DNA of 32,000 nucleotides, from the NCBI RefSeq assembly GCF_900232105.1, contig NZ_LT934425.1, positions 900,001 to 932,000 of the forward strand. The letters run 5' to 3'. The DNA comes from Candidatus Kuenenia stuttgartensis (GTDB lineage Bacteria > Planctomycetota > Brocadiia > Brocadiales > Brocadiaceae). The position numbers and the translations under genes are program-made. Below, piece after piece: positions 9,501 to 18,569 of the stretch (its first letter is position 1; every line of letters starts with the position of its first letter). A model generated the notes under the pieces. The model saw only the letters and a list, made by a program, of their open reading frames with translations. It was not told the DNA's origin and ran no database searches.

Positions 9501-9638
9501 ATCTTCTTTTACTGACAGATTTTCAAAATGGGGTTCCAGACCAAATGTTTTATTGAAAACAACAAAAAAACCGGAAATGGAAGATATAGAAATTATAATT
9601 ATTATTAACACATACTTAAACGGATGCTTTAATCTCAT
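6597..9638 (-). CDS. S41-family C-terminal processing (tail-specific) peptidase with a PDZ domain and a long C-terminal extension containing an SH3b-like segment
   Basis: The PDZ domain reads [41 protein letters not shown]. The S41 core has [13 protein letters not shown] and [39 protein letters not shown]. The SH3b-like segment is [21 protein letters not shown]. I prefer the ATG at 9638 (AAAGGAAA upstream) over the TTG at 9659. Confidence 0.9.
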   Translation of the reverse strand: [1013 protein letters not shown]

Positions 9639-10135
9639 GAATATTTCCTTTTTGATCAAAAAATCAAAGTAACTTTACACAATGTAACTAAACCCTTACT
9701 CAAAAATATAAAGATACGCCGTAAACTGTTGAATAGCAATGATTCGCTCATTAAAAAGGCGAGTAATACGGCAAGAGACCATGCATAACAATTACGATAA
9801 ATGTAGTATCGATTTCATTTTTTGTAAAAGTCCAATACATAACATAATTTTAATGCATTGTGGGAGCTAATCCATGAATTGCCGCCACATAAGGCCAAAA
9901 TAGTGTTTTCCGGTGGTCGATCTCCTTGAAAAACAAAACTCTCACTAACTGGCACTACTGTACACAAGTAGCAATTTGAGTATAGAGAGAAGGAACAGAT
10001 TTATCAAGGAAATTTGCCTTGCCCAGTGATTATGAAAAAAGCATTTGATAATTATAGGAAGAACAGATAAAATGCTACGCTTGTCATAAATTTAGCTTCA
10101 TTCATAGAGTTTTTAGAAAATTTAAGAGGGAAATA

Positions 10136-11884
10136 ATGGTATCCACTTCCTGGCTACAAAAGAATAAAAAAATCGTTTATATCATAATGATATTTGCCGT
10201 TTCTGTTTGGGGCATAAGCTTTTCCGCGATGGAATTAATTCCCAAAAAACCTATCGCCAAAGTATTGGGAAGGAAGATTACACAGGATGAGTTTACCGAA
10301 ATGGCAATCAGGTGGCAGAGGTTGTTTTTCCCTCAAACGCAGGAATCAATTATCCCTATAGTCTGGAAGCAGTTTCTGATGGTTGAAAAGGCAAATCAAA
10401 TGGGATTAATGATAACAAGCCCTGAAGTTGAAGACGGTTTACGGAGAATTGCTTTTCAGGTTTTCGGGCAAACTCCTGAGCTTGAAAAAAGAAGACTAAT
10501 GCAGTTTCTGTGTAATACTTTTAAACTTACTCCGGATCAAATACAACGTACTATCAGGGAAGCCCTGCTGGTTGAAAAGCTGGAATCTCTGTTGCGTTCA
10601 TCCACAAAAGTAACAAGTGAGGAACTTTGGTACCGGTTTTCTCTGGAAAACGAGCAGGTAAAGTTAAAAATCATGGCATTAAAGGCGAGTGATTTTGCCG
10701 ATACCGTTCAGGTAAATGAAGAAGAGCTAATAGCGTTTTATAATAAATACAAGAACAAAGAATATGATGCACACAGTGGAACTCCAGGCTACATGCTTCC
10801 TGAAATGGTAAAGATTGAATGCCTTATTGCTAAATTTGACGATATGCAGGCGCTTGTTGATGTTACGAAGGAAGATATAAAGAAGTATTATGAGGATAAT
10901 AAGGAAACGCAATATAAAATCGATCCCGCAGAAATAACAACCGAAGAATCTTCTGTTCCTGAGGATAAAACGGAGACAATGTCAGAAGGCGACACAAAGG
11001 AAAAGGACCTTAGCCACGTTTACAAATCGTATGATGCGGTAAAGGATGAAATTCGGAAAATACTTGCAGGACAAATGGCAAGGGAAAAAGCATCAGAGGT
11101 GATACATAAGGTGGATGAGGAAATTTACGCAACAATAGACAAGGAAGACCGCCCGAATTTCAGCGATCTTGCCGTAAAATATAAATTAACCCGCACCATT
11201 CCTGCCGGAAAAGAATCGAAGCGCGAGTTTCTTGCAGAAAGCGATTTGTGGGAAATCTTCCCGGGGTCTGATAAGATTTCGAAGGTTGCTTTTGACAGGG
11301 AAAAATTTGAACCATCTATGCCGCTGGAGTTTGTTGAGGGGTTTGTTATTTTTCAGGTAATCGATAAGAAATATCCCGCTCCTGCCCCATTTGAGGAGAT
11401 CAAAAATAAAGTTTTACGGGACATTACAATAGAAAAGGGATTGCAAAAATCGATAGAAATCGCAGAAAAATACACAAGTGGTTCCAATTCAGCCACTGCG
11501 TTTGAAGATATTGTAAAATTAATTGCTGGTGAGTATAGTCAAAAAGATTTTCTGGTATGTGAAACTGATTACATCAAGCGTCCTATGAAACTTTTTGACA
11601 GGGATTCGCGATATATAGAGGCGCTTGATGCAGACCGCCCTAACCTCACAAATAAGGCCTTTGAATTAAAACCGGGCGAAGTGGCCTTTGCTGTAGAAAC
11701 TCTTGATGAAAAGGCGTGTTACATAATAAGTGTAATAGAGAGAAAACCTGCCGATACCGCTCTTTTTGAAAAAACCAGGGAAAACGTCATGAAAAGGTTT
11801 TTGTACGAAAAACAGGAGGCCTTTTTGACCGCATGGAAAGCCGACATGAACAAACAGATGGAAATTTACACAAAATTTCAATAG
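10136..11884 (+). CDS. PpiD/SurA-like periplasmic chaperone (membrane-anchored, with a degenerate parvulin-like domain)
   Basis: It has an N-terminal TM anchor (IVYIIMIFAVSVWGISF), a SurA-N-like helical region and a long acidic linker. The size and architecture fit PpiD. An AGAGGGA SD is present. Confidence 0.6.
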   Translation: MVSTSWLQKNKKIVYIIMIFAVSVWGISFSAMELIPKKPIAKVLGRKITQDEFTEMAIRWQRLFFPQTQESIIPIVWKQFLMVEKANQMGLMITSPEVEDGLRRIAFQVFGQTPELEKRRLMQFLCNTFKLTPDQIQRTIREALLVEKLESLLRSSTKVTSEELWYRFSLENEQVKLKIMALKASDFADTVQVNEEELIAFYNKYKNKEYDAHSGTPGYMLPEMVKIECLIAKFDDMQALVDVTKEDIKKYYEDNKETQYKIDPAEITTEESSVPEDKTETMSEGDTKEKDLSHVYKSYDAVKDEIRKILAGQMAREKASEVIHKVDEEIYATIDKEDRPNFSDLAVKYKLTRTIPAGKESKREFLAESDLWEIFPGSDKISKVAFDREKFEPSMPLEFVEGFVIFQVIDKKYPAPAPFEEIKNKVLRDITIEKGLQKSIEIAEKYTSGSNSATAFEDIVKLIAGEYSQKDFLVCETDYIKRPMKLFDRDSRYIEALDADRPNLTNKAFELKPGEVAFAVETLDEKACYIISVIERKPADTALFEKTRENVMKRFLYEKQEAFLTAWKADMNKQMEIYTKFQ

Positions 11885-12216
11885 AAACGTACTTGTGGCA
11901 AAAATCCTGTTTGTGATGAAACCTTCATAATCTCTGGCCACAAAAGGAGGAGAAGATATCTCCTTTGCGGTCATTCTGGACATATTCACTTCGTTTAGAG
12001 TAACTCCGCCGGGCGTCTTTCAAGATTCCCCAATACAGTCTGGAGTAGCGAATAAATTCCAATTTCTTACCTTGTTACTACGTAAATGGTACTGCTTTAA
12101 ATAACAAAAATTTGGGGGATATGACGATAGCTGATGGACATCCTTGTTTTTTTTAGTCCCTTCATCTCTCGTCCGTCGTTTTCCATGTGTTATGGCATAT
12201 ATTGGGGGAGCTATCA

Positions 12217-13173
12217 TTGGAAAAGATTTACCGTATAAGCGAATTTAAAGGAAAAATTCATAATCCGGTAGTTACACTTGGTGTTTTTGACGGCGTACAT
12301 CGTGGACATCAGAAAATTATTGAATACACAAAAAGTTTAGCCTCTAAAAAGAGCGGAGACTCTGTCATTATCACCTTTGACGTACACCCAAGAGTTCTTT
12401 TGGAAAACAAAACCCCTTTTTTCATCACTTCCCTGTCGCATCGTTTGGTATTGTTTGAAAGGCTGGGTGTTGATTATACGTTAATATTGCCATTTAACGA
12501 TTCCCTTGCACAAACAAACGCAAAAGATTTTATAGAAAACATACTCGTAAAAGAGTTAGATTCAAAATGCATAGTGCTTGGTTTTAATTGCCATTTTGGA
12601 AAGAATAGAAGCGGGAATATCAAACTCGTAAAGGAATTGGCGGGCAAATACCATTATGAAGCACACGAATGCCCACCGGAAACCTATAAGGGGCAGGTTA
12701 TCAGCAGCACTGTTATCCGTAAAGCCATTCAGGAAGGCGCATTAGAGAAGGCGGAAGCCATGCTTGGAAGGCCTGTCTCTGTTTTAGGCACTGTCGTAAG
12801 AAAATCCGGCAGAGGCGTAACTATGGGATATCCCACCGCAAATCTGGATTTGCACCACGAAATCAGGCCACCACAAGGCGTATACGCCACAAAGGTATGC
12901 TGGAAGGAAAGGGAATATCTGGCATTGACCAATATCGGCTCCAGGCCTACTTTTTTCAAAGAGTCCTTATCAAGCGAAGACGAAACCATGGAGATAGAGA
13001 CACACATACTGGATTTTCACGAATCAATTTACGGAAAAAACCTTGAAGTGCAGTTTCTCTTCAGGATCAGAGACGAAATACCCTTCGGTTCCATTGAAGC
13101 ATTAAAACAGCAAATAGAAAAAGATAAAGAAATGTTGTTGAAAAAGATGCTCTCTGGAGCCTTGACGAAATAG
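12217..13173 (+). CDS. ribF: Bifunctional riboflavin kinase / FMN adenylyltransferase
   Basis: Motifs are VVTLGVFDGVHRGHQKII, the riboflavin-kinase part GYPTANL, and a THILDF..DIYG-like block. The start is uncertain: I favour the TTG at 12217 (GGGGGAG 6 nt upstream), while the ORF track starts at the GTG at 12187. Confidence 0.85.
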   Translation: MEKIYRISEFKGKIHNPVVTLGVFDGVHRGHQKIIEYTKSLASKKSGDSVIITFDVHPRVLLENKTPFFITSLSHRLVLFERLGVDYTLILPFNDSLAQTNAKDFIENILVKELDSKCIVLGFNCHFGKNRSGNIKLVKELAGKYHYEAHECPPETYKGQVISSTVIRKAIQEGALEKAEAMLGRPVSVLGTVVRKSGRGVTMGYPTANLDLHHEIRPPQGVYATKVCWKEREYLALTNIGSRPTFFKESLSSEDETMEIETHILDFHESIYGKNLEVQFLFRIRDEIPFGSIEALKQQIEKDKEMLLKKMLSGALTK

Positions 13174-13454
13174 CCATATTCAAATATGTCGCTCCTAGAA
13201 ATTTTCCCAAGAACAACTTGGCGCGGCCTTTGGCCGCAACCAAATTCAAAATACGAATATCGAAATACGAAACAAATTCAAATGACAAAAAACCCAATGC
13301 TCCAAACTTTACGTAATCCTCATCTAATCAATGCCTTACGGTTATGCATTTTGAAAAACGAGCATAAAAAACAAGAAGTTGATGGATAGTAGTACAAAGA
13401 ATAGCAAAAGAGATTGGTGTACCGTGGTAGGCATTTAAGAAAAAAATTAGCTGA

Positions 13455-13606
13455 AGGAGATTTGTTATACGTAAAAATTTTACTATTGATATAGAGAAAG
13501 ACGGAAAGTTTTATATTGCCCAATGCAGAGAACACTCAAATTGTTTTACTCAAGGCAAGACCACAGCAGAAGCTAACCGTAATATAGTAAAAAGCATTTA
13601 TTTTTA
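13455..13606 (+). pseudogene. HicB-like / UPF0150-type antitoxin gene, 5' fragment, interrupted by the IS630-family element
   Basis: My own translation gives ..KNFTIDIEKDGKFYIAQCREHSNCFTQGKTTAEANRNIVKSIYFY. This fits the HicB N-terminal pattern (..E.D.GY.A.VP.LPGC.TQG.T.EEA..N..EAI). There is no canonical start codon in frame, although a GAAGGAG lies just upstream. Confidence 0.5.
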
Positions 13607-14708
13607 TAAAAATCTGTTTTTTTCTTGCATTTGAATTGTTTCTAGAGTATTAAATTCTGCATGAATCCATTTCTCAGTGAAAAAACCCGAATAGAATTTA
13701 AAAAAGCACATAAGAAAGAGCCTCATAGACGTCATGCCGACCGAATCAAAGCTATACTTCTTCTTGATTCAGGATGGAGTTATGAAGAAGTAGCAGAGGC
13801 GCTCTTGTTAGACGATCAAACAATCAGGAATTACGAAAAACTATACAAAGATAAAGGTTTTGACGGGCTTTTATCTGACAATTATATTGGCTGTGTGCCA
13901 AAACTCACCTGCGAACAAGAAGAACAATTAAAAGATCATATCAGGAAAAACAACTATAGCGCGGCAAAAGAAATTGTTGAATATGTAAAACAGACATTCA
14001 ATAAAATCTATACACCCGAAGGAATGGTACATACCCTCGATAGATTAGGCTTTACTTACAAGAAAACTACAATAGTTCCAGGCAAAGCAAACCCTGAAAA
14101 ACAAAAAGAATTTGTCGAAAAATACAAACAACTCAAAGAAGAGAAAGCCCCCGGAGATAAGATACTTTTTATGGATGGAGTTCATCCACAGCACAATTCT
14201 ACGTCTGCATATTGCTGGATAGAGAAAGGCAAAAAGAAGGAAATACCCTCTAATACCGGCAGGAAAAGAATAAATTTAAACGGTGCTATTGACATAGAAA
14301 CCTTTGAAGTAACAATCCGGGAAGATGAAAGCATCAATGCTCAATCAACAATAAAGCTTTTCCATGAAATAGAGTCAAGGTATGCTCAAGCCGGTACTAT
14401 TTACATAATCTCTGATAATGCTAAATATTACAGGTCTAAGTTGGTCAAAGAATACCTTGCAAATTCGAGAATAAAGATCAAATTTCTCCCTTCCTATTCA
14501 CCCAATTTAAATCTCATTGAAAGATTATGGAAATTCTTTCGCAAAAAAATATTGTATAACAAGTATTATGATACTTATGAGAAGTTTAAAAACAAATGTT
14601 TAAGTTTTTTCAAAAATATTAACGAGTATACAGATGAATTGTCTACTCTTTTAACTGAAAATTTTCAAATTATTGGCGAGCAAATTTCGAAAACCTGATT
14701 TGTTTGAC
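13607..14708 (+). mobile_element. IS630-family (Tc1/mariner-like) insertion sequence, about 1.1 kb; the boundaries are approximate
   Basis: It contains the transposase gene. The boundaries come from TA dinucleotides at 13605-06 and 14709-10. Removing the element at those sites rejoins the two HicB-like fragments in frame. The terminal inverted repeats are only imperfectly visible (aaatctgttttt versus aaaacctgattt). Confidence 0.6.
13661..14698 (+). CDS. IS630-family DDE transposase
   Basis: The N-terminal HTH is ILLLDSGWSYEEVAEALLLDDQTIRNY. The DDE-type blocks are FMDGVHPQHN, IISDNAKYYRS and LPSYSPNLNLIERLWKFFRKK. Confidence 0.9.
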   Translation: MNPFLSEKTRIEFKKAHKKEPHRRHADRIKAILLLDSGWSYEEVAEALLLDDQTIRNYEKLYKDKGFDGLLSDNYIGCVPKLTCEQEEQLKDHIRKNNYSAAKEIVEYVKQTFNKIYTPEGMVHTLDRLGFTYKKTTIVPGKANPEKQKEFVEKYKQLKEEKAPGDKILFMDGVHPQHNSTSAYCWIEKGKKKEIPSNTGRKRINLNGAIDIETFEVTIREDESINAQSTIKLFHEIESRYAQAGTIYIISDNAKYYRSKLVKEYLANSRIKIKFLPSYSPNLNLIERLWKFFRKKILYNKYYDTYEKFKNKCLSFFKNINEYTDELSTLLTENFQIIGEQISKT

Positions 14709-14768
14709 TATATAAAAGAAGTAATAGGGCTTATCCTTGAAGTAAAAACTTATCAATATACACTATGA
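14709..14768 (+). pseudogene. HicB-like gene, 3' fragment downstream of the IS
   Basis: The translation is (Y)IKEVIGLILEVKTYQYTL*. It is in frame with the 5' fragment once 13607-14710 is removed. Confidence 0.4.
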
Positions 14769-15005
14769 TGGTGCGAAAAGAGTTAAATATTGACAAAAAA
14801 GGACTACTTATACCCTGCAATCAAACACGGATGAGCACTGCTAATCACAGATAGAACAAATAGTTATGCTTAGATGGTATTTCACCAAAAAGGTGATTTA
14901 TTGTTTATACTTAACTCTTTGAAAGATCGGTGCAAATCTTACTGTCCGAATGCCTTTTTTAACTGGTGTAAAAATACGGACAAATCCTTTTTCCCTTCCA
15001 TATCC

Positions 15006-16376
15006 ATGAAAGAACCAAAATCCCTTTTTCTCTCCGAAGACTCACTTGGTATTGTTACTGATTTTTATCAGCTTACTATGGCTGCCGGATATTTTGAACA
15101 CGGCATGCATGATATTGCCACGTTTGAATTTTATATTCGCCACCTGCCGGAAAATCGCAGTTACATAATTACCGCAGGACTAGAACAGGTGCTTCACTAC
15201 CTAACCCATATCCGGTTTTCACCTGAAGCTATCCGGTTTATCAGGAAACAACCGGCTTTCAGTCATGTAGGTGATGCATTTTTTGCATATTTGAAAAAAT
15301 TTGCCTTTAGCGGCGATGTATTTGCCGTTCCTGAAGGGACGATTGTATTTGCGGAAGAACCTATACTTAGGGTAACAGCCCCCATAATTGAGGCGCAAAT
15401 TGTCGAAACATATCTGCTTTCCACCATTAATTTTCAGAGTTCCATTGCAACAAAGGCGTCGAGAGTCGTCTATGCTTCCCGAGGGCGTGATGTTATTGAT
15501 TTTGGAACACGCCGCGCCCATGGTCCGCAGGCAGGCATCCTTGCAGCCCGCGCTTGTTTTATCGGAGGATGTAAAAGCACCTCTAACGTTTTTGCAGCAT
15601 ATGAGCTGGATATTCCCCCTGCCGGTACAATTGCCCACTCATGGGTAATGGTTTTTGAAAACGAAGCGGAGTCGTTTCGTAAATATCATGAGACATTTCC
15701 TGATGATACGGCGCTCCTTATTGATACCTATGACACACTCGTCGGGGCGAAACATGCCGCCGCTATAGGTGAAAAACTGAAAGGAGTACGTATCGATAGT
15801 GGAAACTTATTGGAACTAAGCAAAGAAGTAAGAAAAATATTGAATAGTCAAAGGATGCATCATGTTAAAATAATTGCAAGCGGCGATCTCAATGAGGAAC
15901 GTATTGACGACTTGCTAAGAAATGGGGCTCCTATTGATTCCTTTGGCGTGGGCACTGAAATGGTAACGTCAAAGGATGCGCCTGCATTGGGAGGAATTTA
16001 TAAACTGGTCGAACAGGAACATGACGGAAAGCCTGTCCCTAAAATGAAGTTCAGCAAAGATAAGCTTACTTATCCGTACAAAAAACAAGTCTACCGTCGT
16101 ACAGACAAAGATACTCATTTTGTTGAGGATATAATAGGGCTTGAAAATGAGCAGGGAGACGCCATTCCTCTTTTAATACAGGTGGTAAAGGGTGGCGAAA
16201 TATGTTATGCCCTGCCTGCTTTACAGGAGATTCAAAATAATGCACTGTGTAATATTGTCAAATTGCCGGAGCCATACAAACGTCTTAGAAATGCTGAAAC
16301 CTATCCTGTTAAAAAAAGTCAGGCATTAGAAGCAAAAAAACGAGAGGCAGAGCAACTCCTGAGAAGGAATAACTGA
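15006..16376 (+). CDS. pncB: Nicotinate phosphoribosyltransferase
   Basis: The N-terminal signature is DFYQLTMAAGYF, with a later GTRRAHG and a TIAHSW-type motif. I prefer the ATG at 15006 because the 44 codons upstream of it look non-homologous. Confidence 0.85.
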   Translation: MKEPKSLFLSEDSLGIVTDFYQLTMAAGYFEHGMHDIATFEFYIRHLPENRSYIITAGLEQVLHYLTHIRFSPEAIRFIRKQPAFSHVGDAFFAYLKKFAFSGDVFAVPEGTIVFAEEPILRVTAPIIEAQIVETYLLSTINFQSSIATKASRVVYASRGRDVIDFGTRRAHGPQAGILAARACFIGGCKSTSNVFAAYELDIPPAGTIAHSWVMVFENEAESFRKYHETFPDDTALLIDTYDTLVGAKHAAAIGEKLKGVRIDSGNLLELSKEVRKILNSQRMHHVKIIASGDLNEERIDDLLRNGAPIDSFGVGTEMVTSKDAPALGGIYKLVEQEHDGKPVPKMKFSKDKLTYPYKKQVYRRTDKDTHFVEDIIGLENEQGDAIPLLIQVVKGGEICYALPALQEIQNNALCNIVKLPEPYKRLRNAETYPVKKSQALEAKKREAEQLLRRNN

Positions 16377-16401
16377 AAAGAGGATCTTCAGGTGAAAAAA
16401 T

Positions 16402-18045
16402 ATGAAAGTAGCGCTGGCACAAATTAATACTGTCGTTGGTGACTTTGAAAACAATGTACGGAAAATATGTTCATTCATAGAACAGGCAAAAAGGAAACAT
16501 GCAGACCTTGTTGTTTTCCCCGAACTTGCAGTTACTGGTTATCCGCCGAAGGATTTTCTTGATATTCCTGCCTTTGTAGGCCACAATTTGAAGGCGTTAA
16601 GGGACATAACTCAACAGGTATCAGGTATTGCCGCTATTGTGGGATTCGTTGACAGAAACAGGCAATCATACGGCAAACTCGTCCATAATGCAGCCGCATT
16701 TATTCAAGACAGACAAATTGTGTCGGTGCACCACAAGTCGCTTCTCCCGACATACGATGTTTTTGACGAATCCCGCTATTTTGAATCTGCATGTTCCATC
16801 GCCCCAGTCCAGTTTAATAACTATACGCTTGGAATATCTATTTGTGAGGATATATGGAACGATGAAGAATTCTGGATGCGTCCACTTTATGAAACTGACC
16901 CCATTGAAAAGCTCATATCGAAGGGTGCGAATGTTATTATCAATATTTCCGCATCTCCTTTTACGGTTGAGAAGCACGAATCAATACGGCTGAGGATGCT
17001 TACGCATGATGCAAAGAAGTACAAAGTCCCTTTCATTTACGTAAATCAGATCGGAGGCAATGATGAACTTGTTTTTGATGGGAGCAGTGCTGTTATCAAT
17101 GCGCAAGGCAAGCGTATTGCTCAGGCAGCGGCATTCGGGGAAGATTTAATTGTCGTTGACCTTGAAAATACCGCAACACAGGTTGTCCCGCAGACCTTTA
17201 CTCCAATCGAAACAGTTCAAAAAGCACTTCTTCTTGGGCTTCGGGATTATGTCGTAAAATGTGGTTTTGAGAAGGTGATTATTGGGTTAAGCGGCGGTAT
17301 AGATTCCGCAGTAACCGCTGCCCTTGCCGTAGAAGCGCTGGGAAGCGAAAATGTAATGGGCATAATTATGCCATCTCAATTTTCTTCACAGGGCAGCGTT
17401 GATGATGCGGTGCAGCTTTCAAAAAATCTTGCCATTGACTACAGAATCTTTCCCATTAAAGATCTGTTTGATGGTTACCAAACGATCCTGCGTGAAGAAT
17501 TCAGGGGGCTGCCTTTCGATATAGCGGAAGAGAATTTACAGGCGCGAATCCGCGGAAATATTATCATGACCTTGTCTAATAAGTACGGGTATCTGGTGCT
17601 TTCTACGGGAAACAAATCTGAGATGGCGATAGGGTATTGTACATTGTACGGAGATATGAACGGGGGGCTTGCGCTCATTTCAGACGTGCCAAAAACGATG
17701 GTGTATGAATTGGCTAAATACATGAACCGGGAAAAGGAGATAATACCGCAGGAAACACTGTCCAAACCACCTTCGGCGGAATTAAGACCAAACCAGCTCG
17801 ATCAGGACAGCCTGCCTCCTTACGATATTCTCGATAGTATATTAAAGGCATACATTGAAGAAGCTAAATGTATAGAAGAAATTGTACGTATGGGGTTTGA
17901 TGAAACAACCGTACGTGACGTTATTCAAAAAGTAAACAGAAATGAATACAAAAGGCGTCAGGCTGCGCCGGGGATAAAAGTAACGTCAAAGGCATTCGGC
18001 TCCGGCAGACGCATGCCAATAGCACATAAATTTACCGGCGAGTAA
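16402..18045 (+). CDS. nadE: Glutamine-dependent NAD+ synthetase (N-terminal CN-hydrolase domain plus NAD synthetase domain)
   Basis: The nitrilase-like domain has KVALAQIN...VVFPELAVTGYPP...ISICEDIW. The PP-loop is GLSGGIDSAVTAALA. The C-terminus has the NRNEYKRRQ motif. Confidence 0.9.
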   Translation: MKVALAQINTVVGDFENNVRKICSFIEQAKRKHADLVVFPELAVTGYPPKDFLDIPAFVGHNLKALRDITQQVSGIAAIVGFVDRNRQSYGKLVHNAAAFIQDRQIVSVHHKSLLPTYDVFDESRYFESACSIAPVQFNNYTLGISICEDIWNDEEFWMRPLYETDPIEKLISKGANVIINISASPFTVEKHESIRLRMLTHDAKKYKVPFIYVNQIGGNDELVFDGSSAVINAQGKRIAQAAAFGEDLIVVDLENTATQVVPQTFTPIETVQKALLLGLRDYVVKCGFEKVIIGLSGGIDSAVTAALAVEALGSENVMGIIMPSQFSSQGSVDDAVQLSKNLAIDYRIFPIKDLFDGYQTILREEFRGLPFDIAEENLQARIRGNIIMTLSNKYGYLVLSTGNKSEMAIGYCTLYGDMNGGLALISDVPKTMVYELAKYMNREKEIIPQETLSKPPSAELRPNQLDQDSLPPYDILDSILKAYIEEAKCIEEIVRMGFDETTVRDVIQKVNRNEYKRRQAAPGIKVTSKAFGSGRRMPIAHKFTGE

Positions 18046-18058
18046 ATGGCCATTAATA

Positions 18059-18090
18059 ATGGGACACTTCCCATATTTCTTGCTTGATTT
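18059..18090 (+). terminator. Possible rho-independent terminator after nadE
   Basis: A 6-bp stem (atggga / tcccat) has a cact loop and is followed by the T-rich atttcttgcttgattt. The stem is short. Confidence 0.3.
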
Positions 18091-18141
18091 GTTGTGAAAA
18101 TAAGGGAAATGTCCCCACATTTACAGTTCCTTAGTTGAAGG

Positions 18142-18164
18142 GGTGTATTCCCGATTTTTTGTAA
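18142..18164 (+). repeat. Solo copy of the 23-nt terminal-repeat motif GGTGTATTCCCGATTTTTTGTAA
   Basis: The same motif forms the inverted termini of the elements at 18645-18787 and 22223-22405. Confidence 0.6.
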
Positions 18165-18235
18165 AAAAGAAAGCCGTTGACTGATATTTTACTTGTGCAA
18201 CAAATAAAAGTTGCCGAAGGCCTAATTAAAAGAAG

Positions 18236-18492
18236 GGTAACATTTTAGTTCTTTGAAAAATCCCAATAATCCCGAAGGGATGAAATGATTATAGAAATTA
18301 TGCGAAAAACCCGTAATTAACCCCGAAGGGGTGATATAATTTTATCTGTGTTGCCTTTCATAAAATACCTAACCGTGGCGATTATATCATCCCTTCGGGA
18401 TTAGGCGTGGTTTTACTGTGTTTTCTATAATCATATTACCCCTTTGGGGTTCTCCTTTTTTCCTGGAATTTTTCAAAAAACTAAAGTGTTAC
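18236..18492. repeat. Nested palindromic element of about 257 bp (REP/BIME-like or MITE-like)
   Basis: There are three concentric inverted-repeat pairs. The outer pair is 18236-18263 / 18465-18492, the middle pair 18269-18297 / 18421-18450, and the inner pair 18319-18340 / 18381-18402. Four units each contain a CCC(C)-GAA/TTT-GGG(G) mini-hairpin. Confidence 0.8.
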
Positions 18493-18569
18493 AAAGAAGG
18501 AGAAGTCGGGGGCAATACAGGAAGTTAAACTAAAATTGATCAGGAGATCGAAAAACTGGCTATTGTTTA

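Noticed and set aside
9950-9964. TGGCAC sequence considered as a sigma54 -24 element upstream of the PpiD-like gene
   Set aside because: The -12 position reads TACA instead of TTGC, so the bipartite consensus is not met.
13389-13454. Possible HicA toxin remnant upstream of the HicB-like fragment (translation ..VQRIAKEIGVPW*)
   Set aside because: Only about 15 codons are open before an upstream stop. The resemblance to HicA C-termini is too short to support a call.
14874-15005. Listed upstream start for pncB, 44 extra codons
   Set aside because: The extension has no similarity to the NAPRTase N-terminus. The conserved region begins shortly after the ATG at 15006. The upstream start remains possible but is less likely.
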